Below are positions 8,640 through 17,740 of a stretch of DNA of 64,000 nucleotides, piece by piece. Where the stretch lies: the sequence record PQ464595.1; one strand, written 5' to 3'. A model generated the notes under the pieces. That model had not been told where the DNA came from. It saw nothing but the letters and a program-made list of their open reading frames with translations, and did not search any database. Positions within the stretch are counted from its first letter, which is position 1, and every line of letters starts with the position of its first letter. Both the position numbers and the translations under genes were made by a program.

Positions 8640-9077
8640 GTTATTTTTGAGCTTTTCTTCTAAGCGAGTCTTGAGTTCTTCGAACTCTACTTTCTCAGAA
8701 GCAGTCATTTTTGACTTTAACATTAACAAAAATAGTTTATTCTTAATATCTTCGGCTGTTTCTCTCTTAATAACTTCCGTCAGATAAAATTTTTCACCAT
8801 CATAAGAATACTTGATAGATTCTAAATCTTCAGGTACATCTTCAGGTTGAATGATATGAAGGTTACAATCGTTAGGACTTAATGTAGTAGCATCATAATC
8901 GAATCCGACCACAACATTTCTTTCATTTGTTAGTACTTTTAGTGTATTAGTTTCAGCATGATCGGCGTATTCATACCAATCTTGACCATTTTCATCCATC
9001 CAGTACTGAACGAATCCGTAACCACCTTCTTTATTGTATTTCTTAAACATCTGAAATTGTTCTCCATGTTCCATCAA
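8637..9077 (-). CDS. Tail fibre assembly chaperone (Tfa-like)
   Basis: DENGQDWYE motif; directly downstream of a tail fibre gene. Confidence 0.75.
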   Translation of the reverse strand: MMEHGEQFQMFKKYNKEGGYGFVQYWMDENGQDWYEYADHAETNTLKVLTNERNVVVGFDYDATTLSPNDCNLHIIQPEDVPEDLESIKYSYDGEKFYLTEVIKRETAEDIKNKLFLLMLKSKMTASEKVEFEELKTRLEEKLKNN

Positions 9078-10659
9078 TTAATATTTGTACTGGTCTTGAA
9101 TATATCCATACGAATTCATCCTGAGCACTACTACTTGAATGAATAGAGAAACCAGTTACAAAACATCCTTCTGCCGCACGGTATACAAATGACTCATGAC
9201 CTAAAGGTTCACGTTCCGTTGCGATTTCAGCACCTCTGCGTTCATTTGTTACAACACCACCAGTAATACTTAGTGTTACGTTTCCGTTAGCATCAGCAGT
9301 TGTTCCATTAATAGCACGTACAATATTACGACCACCAACAGTACCACTCTGTCCAGATACTGTTAATCCAGAACTTGTTAGAACACCAGTATTGGAAATT
9401 GCTACTTCTGAACCACCAGCACTACGTAGACGAAGGGTATTAGTACTTGAGCTATGAAAGATAGCAGCACGTTCGCCACCAGAACTGTTCTGGAACCAGA
9501 ATACTAAGTTAGTATCATTAGCTCGTACAGCAGCACTGTTAGCAATCGTCAATGAACCTGTCATTACATCACCAGATTTCAAAACATAGCGAGCATCGCC
9601 TGATGCTTGGTTCAATGCTAAGCTTGGTTCAGCAATATTATAAAGCATCGCAACGTTAAAGTGTCCAACATCAATACCTGTAAGGTTATGGTTGTGCGTT
9701 GATGTGTTTCCATTAGGATAGATAGCAAATGTAGTACTAAATGCCACACGAGCATCCGAACCGTTAACACGAATAGATTCACGAGTGTTATTTTCACCAT
9801 TCATACGTAAACCATCATACGAAAATCCATCATTGAATGATTTTCCATATATGAAAATACCATCATCGGCATTACCACCAGATAGACCTAACATCATACC
9901 AGTACCGTGATAGTGTTGTGGTTCAGTTAAAGTAGTGCTACTAATTGTACCAGAACCGGCGATTACTGAATCAATTTTTGTTACTCCAGTTACTGTAATC
10001 CCTTTGAGATACGCTTCTTGGTTAATATTTGGTACTTGTTTTGTAATTGGAGTTTCACCATTCCAAACCCACCATAAACCATCACCGAAACACCAACCAG
10101 TTTTAGTAACATATGGAGCAGCTTGTGTACCATTTCTACCATTCTGACCACCAGTTACTCCACTTAATTGCTCACGAATACTAGCAACTGATTGTCCAGA
10201 AGTTAATGAATACTGCATTATACTTCCCGGTGGAGATGATGTAAACAATCCAGGAACAGCAGTTCCTCCGCCACTAGTACTGGTAGGAAATACAATATTC
10301 AAGTTAGTTCCACTTACAGAAGCAGAAGCTACCGCACTTGAACTGTAACTTACAGTACTAACACGGTTAGCTAGTTGATTATAAATGTTAGTTAACGATA
10401 CATTAACTGGAGCTAGAATATCATCCTGTGATAGTAATTCTACCCATGAAATTCCGTTATGATATTTTAGTGTTTTTGAGGTAGTGTCAAAGACAACTGC
10501 CCCAGCTTCACCGATTGGTAAAACCTTATTAGGCATAATAATCGAAGAAGCATTAAGTCTTAATGGACGTGGAACCGTTGGTGTTCCACCTTCAATGACT
10601 ATAGTTGCGGTATCAGTACTTGTAATAGTTCCTGCCGCATGATTAAATCTTATACTCAT
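9043..10659 (-). CDS. Tail fibre protein (collar-like domain plus receptor-binding C-terminus)
   Basis: PPGSIMQY..GWCFGDG collar motif; DARYVLKSGDVMTG; C-terminal YSRPVQILIDGTWRTI. Confidence 0.8.
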   Translation of the reverse strand: MSIRFNHAAGTITSTDTATIVIEGGTPTVPRPLRLNASSIIMPNKVLPIGEAGAVVFDTTSKTLKYHNGISWVELLSQDDILAPVNVSLTNIYNQLANRVSTVSYSSSAVASASVSGTNLNIVFPTSTSGGGTAVPGLFTSSPPGSIMQYSLTSGQSVASIREQLSGVTGGQNGRNGTQAAPYVTKTGWCFGDGLWWVWNGETPITKQVPNINQEAYLKGITVTGVTKIDSVIAGSGTISSTTLTEPQHYHGTGMMLGLSGGNADDGIFIYGKSFNDGFSYDGLRMNGENNTRESIRVNGSDARVAFSTTFAIYPNGNTSTHNHNLTGIDVGHFNVAMLYNIAEPSLALNQASGDARYVLKSGDVMTGSLTIANSAAVRANDTNLVFWFQNSSGGERAAIFHSSSTNTLRLRSAGGSEVAISNTGVLTSSGLTVSGQSGTVGGRNIVRAINGTTADANGNVTLSITGGVVTNERRGAEIATEREPLGHESFVYRAAEGCFVTGFSIHSSSSAQDEFVWIYSRPVQILIDGTWRTISDV

Positions 10660-10691
10660 ATAAATCAGTCCTCGCGTTTATATTATAGAGA

Positions 10692-10697
10692 TATTTA
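10692..10697 (-). promoter_or_regulatory. Late-type promoter (CATAAATA)
   Basis: TAAATA core 33 nt upstream of the fibre gene. Confidence 0.6.
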
Positions 10698-10701
10698 TGA
10701 A

Positions 10702-11013
10702 TTATTCCTGAGCTTCATCAAGATCATCCTTAACTCCATCTATCATATTAGCTGCGAGTTTCTTAGACATTTTATACCACTCTTTACCAGTACCTTGAGT
10801 TGCGTTCATATGCTTTAAACGTTTATTAACTTCTTTTTCCGCAGCTTTAGCATCTTCAAATTGTACTTCATGATAAACTTCATAATCTCTGAACGGAGAA
10901 CCAGTCTGGTACGTACTTAATCTGGTCTTCATTTCTTCTTTTGATGTAAATCCAATCTTAACCCATTCAGGCCATGCTTGATTCACTATTACGTAACAGA
11001 TTTGATTTGCCAT
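10702..11013 (-). CDS. T5orf172-domain (GIY-YIG superfamily) protein
   Basis: YVIVN...WVKIGFT...RL..YQTGSPF.DYEV......AEK..HK-type pattern. Confidence 0.8.
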   Translation of the reverse strand: MANQICYVIVNQAWPEWVKIGFTSKEEMKTRLSTYQTGSPFRDYEVYHEVQFEDAKAAEKEVNKRLKHMNATQGTGKEWYKMSKKLAANMIDGVKDDLDEAQE

Positions 11014-11039
11014 GTTGGTTCCCCTCTAAATTAGTGGGG

Positions 11040-11045
11040 TATTTA
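11040..11045 (-). promoter_or_regulatory. Late-type promoter (GATAAATA)
   Basis: TAAATA core upstream of 11013, overlapping the stop codon of the preceding gene. Confidence 0.55.
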
Positions 11046-11471
11046 TCCACGTAAAATTTGTACTTTTACGCCATGATTGCTTAAATTTTGTAGTACTGGA
11101 TTTGAGTTCAGTACTTCTCGTACTGGTTCAGGGTGAGATTGATACTCATTCATCTGAACACCAGGAATCATAGGTGGCATCTCATTTAATACTGGAGCAC
11201 CTGGATTATCACGAGCAAGTTTACCTTGATAGTACTGGATATATTGTTCATATGTCATTTCTTGAATATCGGAACTCATAACATCGTTGACATAGCGGTT
11301 CATATCGTAGTAAACTGTTTCGAATCCACAACATAGTACCCCCAAGTCCTCAATGTATCCAACCATTTTGTACTCTTGGAACAGTACTTCGAACTTACTG
11401 TATACACTACGATGATATTGTTGTTGAGTGTTAAGATACACTACGACTATTGAATCTGGTTTAATGATCAT
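11043..11471 (-). CDS. Hypothetical protein, 142 aa (start corrected from 11564)
   Basis: A class A promoter and SD GGAG lie inside the longer ORF call; ATG at 11471 follows GGAGACAATAAT. Confidence 0.75.
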   Translation of the reverse strand: MIIKPDSIVVVYLNTQQQYHRSVYSKFEVLFQEYKMVGYIEDLGVLCCGFETVYYDMNRYVNDVMSSDIQEMTYEQYIQYYQGKLARDNPGAPVLNEMPPMIPGVQMNEYQSHPEPVREVLNSNPVLQNLSNHGVKVQILRG

Positions 11472-11486
11472 ATTATTGTCTCCATG

Positions 11487-11515
11487 ATTATAGCACAAAG
11501 TGTGCTCTCGTTTCA
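11487..11515 (-). promoter_or_regulatory. Class A promoter
   Basis: TGAAAC GAGAGCACACTTTGTGC TATAAT. Confidence 0.8.
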
Positions 11516-11552
11516 CCATTATGCTATTTACTTTCTGTACGTCAGAAACGCG

Positions 11553-11576
11553 AAAAGGACGCATAAGCGTCCTTTT
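11553..11576 (-). terminator. Terminator of the major capsid gene
   Basis: AAAAGGACGC-ATAA-GCGTCCTTTT. Confidence 0.9.
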
Positions 11577-11621
11577 CTTGTTTTCAACATCAGATTTATT
11601 TAAATCTAAATGGTCACTTCA

Positions 11622-12797
11622 TTACATGAAGGTTACGTTGCGGATAGCAATTTTGCTGTAGTAGTCAGCAGCGTTACCTAGAGATGAAGTACTGTCAGTT
11701 AGTTGTACGTAACCATAACGAGTTAGGAAACTAGTAACTAGTTCACCAGTGTTAGGGTCCATTACAGTACCAGAAGCCATCAATGGGATGTATGGGCAGT
11801 AGAATGCACCAGCATCAGTTTCTTGAGAACCTTTGTAACCGATTAGTACATCAACGCTGTCATCAGCATATGTATCAACATATACACGCATTGTGGAGTT
11901 TAGTACACCAACGAATTTCACGTTAGTTGGAGCTTCGAATACACCTTCAGTAGTACGAGCAAAACTAGAAGTAGTTGCTGACTGAAGAATAGTTAGAGCG
12001 GTTGGTGAAACAACGGCCCAGTTCGCAGCACCACGTTTGGTACGACGAGCAACTTCGTTTGCTTGACGGTTGATTAGAGTAGCTAGAGCAGCGTGTTCAT
12101 CACCAACGAAGGTAGCAACACCAGTTACTTTAGATTGGTCATAAACAACAGCAGCAGCACCTGGTAGAGCACGTAGACGAGCTAGTAGTTCTTGGTCGAT
12201 CTCAGTAGTGATTTCTTGTGCGATAGCAGCCATTAGTTCAGCTTCAACGTCAATACCGTGTTGTGCTTGAGCATCTTGTGCAGATTCAACAGTCCAACGA
12301 GCAGATAGACGACGAGATTGAGCTTCTACGGTTTCACGTAGAATACGGATGTTCACACGACGACCCATAACACCTTCTAGTTGAGATGTTGGAGCAGCAC
12401 GTGGAGCGGTGTTGTCAGAATTGATTTCACCAGTATAAGATTTCGCAATCTTGTATGGAGAAAGTGCTTCTTCACCAGCTACAACGCCTGGTGCGTTATC
12501 AGCGTATTGTACACGTAGAGTGTGGATCTGACCAACTGGACCAGTCATAGGTTGAACACCGATGATTTCGTTAGCAATAACGGTTGGCATTACACGACGG
12601 ATAATTGGTAGAATTACTTTGTTTAGTGTAGCAATGTTACCAGCGGAGGTCGCACCAGCGGTAGCGGATTCGCGTAGCATTACTTTACGTTGGTTATCTA
12701 GAACTGCTTCCATAACAGTTTTACGATTACCATTTAGACCTTCAACAAGCTTATCTTTTACAGCAGCCCATTTAGATTCAGTTAATAGTTGTGACAT
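11622..12797 (-). CDS. gp23: Major capsid protein (gp23-like)
   Basis: IIGVQPMTGPVGQIHTLR, RRLSARWTVESAQD, EITTEIDQE, AFYCPYIPL, TRYG; extreme codon bias. Confidence 0.97.
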   Translation of the reverse strand: MSQLLTESKWAAVKDKLVEGLNGNRKTVMEAVLDNQRKVMLRESATAGATSAGNIATLNKVILPIIRRVMPTVIANEIIGVQPMTGPVGQIHTLRVQYADNAPGVVAGEEALSPYKIAKSYTGEINSDNTAPRAAPTSQLEGVMGRRVNIRILRETVEAQSRRLSARWTVESAQDAQAQHGIDVEAELMAAIAQEITTEIDQELLARLRALPGAAAVVYDQSKVTGVATFVGDEHAALATLINRQANEVARRTKRGAANWAVVSPTALTILQSATTSSFARTTEGVFEAPTNVKFVGVLNSTMRVYVDTYADDSVDVLIGYKGSQETDAGAFYCPYIPLMASGTVMDPNTGELVTSFLTRYGYVQLTDSTSSLGNAADYYSKIAIRNVTFM

Positions 12798-12841
12798 TAT
12801 AATCTCCTTAAAAGATATTTTTTTGCTTTTCTGTATGCTTT

Positions 12842-12847
12842 TATTTA
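12842..12847 (-). promoter_or_regulatory. Late-type promoter for major capsid gene (GATAAATA)
   Basis: TAAATA core 45 nt upstream of ATG. Confidence 0.7.
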
Positions 12848-12874
12848 TCTCACAGAAAAATTAGCATTTAATAA

Positions 12875-13999
12875 TTAACGTTTTTTATCCATTCCTGACA
12901 ATTTAGTGATTTCATTTAGGAAATCTAAATCATCCGAATCGAGTTCAGCGTTTTTAATGAAATTACTTTCACGGTTTCCGGTAACAACTTTACCTTCCGT
13001 TAAAGCATTTTTAGCCTTTGTATTAACTGCTGGACGGCTAGGATTAGCAGCAGATTCATTTACAGTACCCTTCAGTACGGACTTGTGGTACTTGCTGAAA
13101 TCATCTTTTAGCTTCTCGGTAGGAGTAGCAGCTAATAGCGATTCCATAATTTGTTTTTGTTGATTAGTAAGAGGCTTAGTAAGTTCAGAGATGATAGCAG
13201 AACGAGCTTGCGTATCTTCCATCATGCGAATCTTACGTTTAGCTTCAGCAGCTTGAGATTTTGCTTCTTGTAGAGCAACTTTAGCAGCGATAGCTTCTTC
13301 TTCAGCTTCTTTAACTGACTCATTCAACTCACGTAGAATAGAACTTTCGTTATATTGTTTTGAGTAGAACTCGTTAGCAAAAGCTTCAAAGATCTTACGA
13401 CCAAACATATTTTGTTTAGCTTCAAATAGTTCACCTTTAAGAGCCTGTAGGTTCTTAGCGGTAGTTTCGGTAATATAAGATGCAGCGGATTCCGCAGTAC
13501 GCTTAATAAAGTTCTCACGAGCTTCAGCGATTTGCTTAGAACCTTCAGCAATTAATTTTACACGAGATTCAACTAATTGACGTTTTTCATCATGGAAGTC
13601 TTTAAGTTCTTCAGCCATAATATGGTTACTGAATTGCATGAACTTGCCAAGGCTTTCATTGATGTGTTTGCGTTCATTACGCATTGATTTAACTTCTTCA
13701 GCTAGTACTGTGTTAGCGAAATCTGAGAAATTACCTAGTGTTTTACGTAGCTTAACTCGATCTTCAACAAGTTTACGCTTTTCAGCATACACTTCAGACA
13801 TTTGTTCGCTGATTACTTCAGCCATCATTTGGTCTAGACCTTCGGTTAGTTTAGCTAAGTCTTCTTGGTAACGTTCTTTCATTTCTTCACGCATTTCAGC
13901 AGCTACATTAGCCTTTTCTTCATTCCATGCTTCCTGAATAAGCTTTTTAGCTTCGTCAGAAAGAGATGATTCGTTTAGAAACTGATCCAATTTTGACAT
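12875..13999 (-). CDS. gp22: Prohead core scaffold (gp22-like)
   Basis: Coiled-coil, E/K-rich; FGRKIFEAF motif; L/I-x-E protease sites; between protease and capsid genes. Confidence 0.85.
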   Translation of the reverse strand: MSKLDQFLNESSLSDEAKKLIQEAWNEEKANVAAEMREEMKERYQEDLAKLTEGLDQMMAEVISEQMSEVYAEKRKLVEDRVKLRKTLGNFSDFANTVLAEEVKSMRNERKHINESLGKFMQFSNHIMAEELKDFHDEKRQLVESRVKLIAEGSKQIAEARENFIKRTAESAASYITETTAKNLQALKGELFEAKQNMFGRKIFEAFANEFYSKQYNESSILRELNESVKEAEEEAIAAKVALQEAKSQAAEAKRKIRMMEDTQARSAIISELTKPLTNQQKQIMESLLAATPTEKLKDDFSKYHKSVLKGTVNESAANPSRPAVNTKAKNALTEGKVVTGNRESNFIKNAELDSDDLDFLNEITKLSGMDKKR

Positions 14000-14052
14000 T
14001 CGTTTTCTCCTTTAAAGTACTGAGATAATATCTTGTACTCTTGATGTACAGA

Positions 14053-14060
14053 TATTTATA
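14053..14060 (-). promoter_or_regulatory. Late-type promoter (TATAAATA)
   Basis: Exact T4 late consensus upstream of the scaffold gene. Confidence 0.7.
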
Positions 14061-14071
14061 AATTTATTTTA

Positions 14072-14704
14072 TTAAGCTTTTAAATTCTTAAAAAATTGAT
14101 GAATTTCATCATCAATCGAGTTATTACGACCTTTTTGTGACTCAAATACACGATTTGTGCCAGATACAGGTGCTCCGTACTTACTATTCAGAGATTCGAA
14201 TACCGCTTTAGGATATGCATCTGGAGCACTTGGTTGTGCTACAATATCAATAGTTACGATTTCGAAATCAGATACAATACCGTTGTGATCAACGTTACCT
14301 GAACCACGAGAACTTACACCAAGCTTAACACCACTTTCAATCATGGTACGAATATCCTTACCATGAGTAGTATCAAGCAACATAATGGTAGCCATACCAT
14401 TTGGGCCTTCCATCCAAACCTGAGTAATCATTCCAACTACACGGTCCAAATTTACAGTTAAAGTTTCAGGGTGGTCACATTCACAAAGAATGCTTTCACC
14501 ACGTGAAATACGTTCTGCCATATTCTTAACAGCATTCGCAATTTCAGCGAATGGGTATACACGTTCATTTAAGTTACGTTGATCTGCTTGAATTGCTATC
14601 CCTTTAAGATAGCAATTCTTACGACCAGTCATCTGATCTTCTTTGTACTCTAAAACTATTTTAGAATCATTGAATGAAGACCATTCACGAATCATATTAC
14701 TCAT
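14072..14704 (-). CDS. gp21: Prohead protease (gp21-like)
   Basis: LKGIAIQAD..N.N.RVY, ECDHP, LGVSSRGSG, DIV..PSAPDAY. Confidence 0.95.
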   Translation of the reverse strand: MSNMIREWSSFNDSKIVLEYKEDQMTGRKNCYLKGIAIQADQRNLNERVYPFAEIANAVKNMAERISRGESILCECDHPETLTVNLDRVVGMITQVWMEGPNGMATIMLLDTTHGKDIRTMIESGVKLGVSSRGSGNVDHNGIVSDFEIVTIDIVAQPSAPDAYPKAVFESLNSKYGAPVSGTNRVFESQKGRNNSIDDEIHQFFKNLKA

Positions 14705-14724
14705 TTATGATCTTCCTTCTCTAA

Positions 14725-15597
14725 TTATTTTTGTTTTGGTAGTACTGACTTAGATTTTTCAGCGGTGTTGGTTGGAGTTTTAGCAGGTTTCATAACGTGT
14801 TTACCGTTATCCATAACGTTGTTATTATCTTCAACTTTAACGCTCATAGCATCTGAGTTTTCGAATTTGTCATCTGTCGCATCAACAGTACCATCTTTAA
14901 TAGTTACTGGTTTAACACCGTCTACTGGAGACTTAGCGTTTTTAGCAACTACAGATTTCTTGTTTACGCCAGCTTTTTCTGATTTTTCTGGTTCAGCAAC
15001 TTTCTTCATTTGGAAAGCTTCACCAACACGTTCGTCACCAAAGTCTACATCACCGAAATCGTCACCTTGACCTTCTTCGTCGCCGGAGAAATCATCTTCG
15101 CCGAAATCAGCATCGCCACCTTCGATTTCATCGAACATACGTTCTAGAGCATCGAAAGCATCTTTGATTTCTTCCCATTGGTCAGCATCAGGAGCACCGC
15201 CAGCAGCAGGAGCTTCTTCAGAACCGAAGTCGTCACCAGCATCATCAGTTGGGTCTTCATCTTCTTCAGTCATTTGACCAGAAGCAGAACCACCACCGAT
15301 ATTTACAGAGTTACCGTTACCAAAGTCAGAACCACCGAACATACTTTCTTCAAGGTCTTCTTCTTCATTTAGTTTGTAACCAACGTCTTCTTCCATGTCG
15401 TCTGCTTCACCAGTGTCAACATCTTCACACATTTCTTCTTCTTCAGAATCCATTTCTTCAGAAAGTTTCTTATTAATTTCTTGTGCGGTTTCAACAAAGT
15501 ACTTACGCATCTTACGGTCAGCTACTTCACTGTCGCCATTCGCAAAAGCTTGGATAGCTTCTTGCAATAGTTTAATATTTGCCATTATATCCTCCAA
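14725..15597 (-). CDS. Acidic prohead core protein (putative)
   Basis: Very D/E-rich, located in the head operon, own TATAAATA promoter. Confidence 0.65.
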   Translation of the reverse strand: MEDIMANIKLLQEAIQAFANGDSEVADRKMRKYFVETAQEINKKLSEEMDSEEEEMCEDVDTGEADDMEEDVGYKLNEEEDLEESMFGGSDFGNGNSVNIGGGSASGQMTEEDEDPTDDAGDDFGSEEAPAAGGAPDADQWEEIKDAFDALERMFDEIEGGDADFGEDDFSGDEEGQGDDFGDVDFGDERVGEAFQMKKVAEPEKSEKAGVNKKSVVAKNAKSPVDGVKPVTIKDGTVDATDDKFENSDAMSVKVEDNNNVMDNGKHVMKPAKTPTNTAEKSKSVLPKQK

Positions 15598-15629
15598 AAG
15601 ATATACAAAAATTTATTTTGGTATGTCCT

Positions 15630-15637
15630 TATTTATA
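15630..15637 (-). promoter_or_regulatory. Late-type promoter (TATAAATA)
   Basis: Exact T4 late consensus. Confidence 0.7.
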
Positions 15638-15692
15638 GCCTTAAAAAATACCATTTTCGAAAAAGCTCAAAAACGGTACTTTTTGCCATAAA

Positions 15693-15926
15693 TTACATCA
15701 TCCCACCACCAGATTGATCATCAGAAGGTGCAGCGGCATACACCACTGCTACTACTGCGTCTCGTTTAGCAGCTTCGTTCTTTTTAAATTCCCTGTACTT
15801 TCTCAAGTTGTTGAGAATTTGTAATGTCAATTTAGGTTTACGAGTATCGGTAATTTTATATACGGTCTGATCATCTTCAGGGTCGTACATAGAATCATCT
15901 TTAGCTTCAAAAATTTCGTCCAACAT
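15693..15926 (-). CDS. Small hypothetical head-module protein
   Basis: SD AAGGA; late-type promoter at 15975-15980; between portal and core genes. Confidence 0.75.
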   Translation of the reverse strand: MLDEIFEAKDDSMYDPEDDQTVYKITDTRKPKLTLQILNNLRKYREFKKNEAAKRDAVVAVVYAAAPSDDQSGGGMM

Positions 15927-15986
15927 AACCTATATCCTTAATTATATTAATCGTTCAAATGAACGAATCATAACTATTTATTACTG

Positions 15987-17723
15987 TTAAAATGAATTGC
16001 CTAAACTATTTGGGTCAAATCCACCATCTGCTTGAGAATCTTGATATTCAGAATCAGCACTGTCTAAGTTACCTTCATCATCAATACCTAGATCTTGTTC
16101 AGGATCATTTGGTGATTCAATACCAACTGATTGTAATCCTGCCGAAGCACCTGGAACATCTGGACCACCAGCAGCAGCAGCTTCAGGGTTTTCTTGTAAC
16201 CATAGCTTTTCATTCTCAACAATATCATCTTGCTCAAAGCCCATCTTTTTCATAATGAACTGTTTAGAGAAGTACTTGAGATCATTCAACGGCATATATG
16301 TTTGAATCAACTTAGCATCCATTTCAGCTTTACGGTTCGCCGCAAAGTTCATTGGTGGATTAAAAGTGACTTCAAAGGAAGATGCACTAATGTTATATCC
16401 ATTTTTAAGCATATAACGTTTGAATTCTTCATCAAAAGTTCTAGAAACAATACGTTGATAACGCATACATTCATTGTTAAAACGTAATTCACTAGCCATT
16501 GCTTGTGTAGCACCATCACCGAACAAAGCAACACCACCATCATCTGGACCCATAGGTAGATATGAAGCTGGAATTTGTAGACCACGAATCAATTTGTTAT
16601 TGAAGTATCGTAAGTCATCAATTTGTCCTAAATTATCACCACCCGGTAAAGTTTCTACTGAAGAACCACGCCCTTCCGCTGTCTGAGGGAAGAAATAGTC
16701 TTCAAGAATACTTAGTGGATTATATGCTGCATCCATCAATGAAGTACTACCACCCTTATTAGATGGAATACGACGCTGGTGAATATCGTTTTTAACTCTT
16801 TCAACAAATGCCATTGCCTGATGCGGTTGCATGTCACCTACGTCAATTTTAAAGACGCGGCGTTCAGGAGCACGTTGAACACGATAGATAATAATACTAT
16901 CTTCTAGAAGTTCTTTTTGTTTGTATACTTTGAAAATGTTTTCAAGAATACTAGTACCGAAAGGCCAGAAAGGATCTTGCCCGGTATTTAGTGATAAGTG
17001 AATAACGTGTTCTGCCGCTACAGGAAGAACATCTAACTGCCCACCAGTACCGAATTGTCCTGAACTATCAGAACCAGAACCACCAGCACTACCTAGAGAA
17101 CCGTAGTTATTACCAGAACTCGCTAAAGAGTTAGGCATCGTTCCTGGATAAGCTTGTTTATCAAAGCCAATTTGTAAATTACTCATTACTTTATCATGTA
17201 AGTTCAAATGAACATCACGCATAAAGTAAACAATAGGTGTTTTACCAGTTGCATTGTTTACCAGTACTTTATCAACGTTCATTGGATTTACCCAATACCA
17301 AACGAAGGTTTCTGGATCACGAATGAAGAACTGATCACCGTATTTTAGAATTCCACGAATAATATCGTAGATTCTCATTTTAAATTCGTTTAAATCAGAC
17401 CATGATTCAAGACGATCTTCTAAAGTCGTAACTTCAGTGTCGCCCATCGTGTCTTTATACTGAATTTGGAATGGTAGACCGAAATCTTTAGTACTTTGAG
17501 TACAGAAATCCGCAATAATGTTTAAAGCGGTTCGAATTTCAGGGTCTTGATCCATTTGATCGTATTGACGATAACGGTCAACACGATTTGATAGGCCAGT
17601 ATAGACAGCAGGTAGATAAGAAGAAAAATTCGTCTTAGAACCACCTGGCTGAGCCATAGCATTTTGTTGAGGAACGGTCGATAATTTAGAACGTCCTAGT
17701 GTCATATGTCGTTGCCAACTCAT
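15987..17723 (-). CDS. gp20: Portal protein (gp20-like)
   Basis: LLEDSIIIYRVQRAPERRVF.IDVG.M, EDYFFP, VETLPGG, YFNNKL.RGL.IP. Confidence 0.97.
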   Translation of the reverse strand: MSWQRHMTLGRSKLSTVPQQNAMAQPGGSKTNFSSYLPAVYTGLSNRVDRYRQYDQMDQDPEIRTALNIIADFCTQSTKDFGLPFQIQYKDTMGDTEVTTLEDRLESWSDLNEFKMRIYDIIRGILKYGDQFFIRDPETFVWYWVNPMNVDKVLVNNATGKTPIVYFMRDVHLNLHDKVMSNLQIGFDKQAYPGTMPNSLASSGNNYGSLGSAGGSGSDSSGQFGTGGQLDVLPVAAEHVIHLSLNTGQDPFWPFGTSILENIFKVYKQKELLEDSIIIYRVQRAPERRVFKIDVGDMQPHQAMAFVERVKNDIHQRRIPSNKGGSTSLMDAAYNPLSILEDYFFPQTAEGRGSSVETLPGGDNLGQIDDLRYFNNKLIRGLQIPASYLPMGPDDGGVALFGDGATQAMASELRFNNECMRYQRIVSRTFDEEFKRYMLKNGYNISASSFEVTFNPPMNFAANRKAEMDAKLIQTYMPLNDLKYFSKQFIMKKMGFEQDDIVENEKLWLQENPEAAAAGGPDVPGASAGLQSVGIESPNDPEQDLGIDDEGNLDSADSEYQDSQADGGFDPNSLGNSF

Positions 17724-17740
17724 ATTTTATATAACTCCAT

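Noticed and set aside
11472-11564. N-terminal extension of the 173-aa ORF call
   Set aside because: It overlaps the capsid terminator and contains a full promoter plus SD for ATG 11471.
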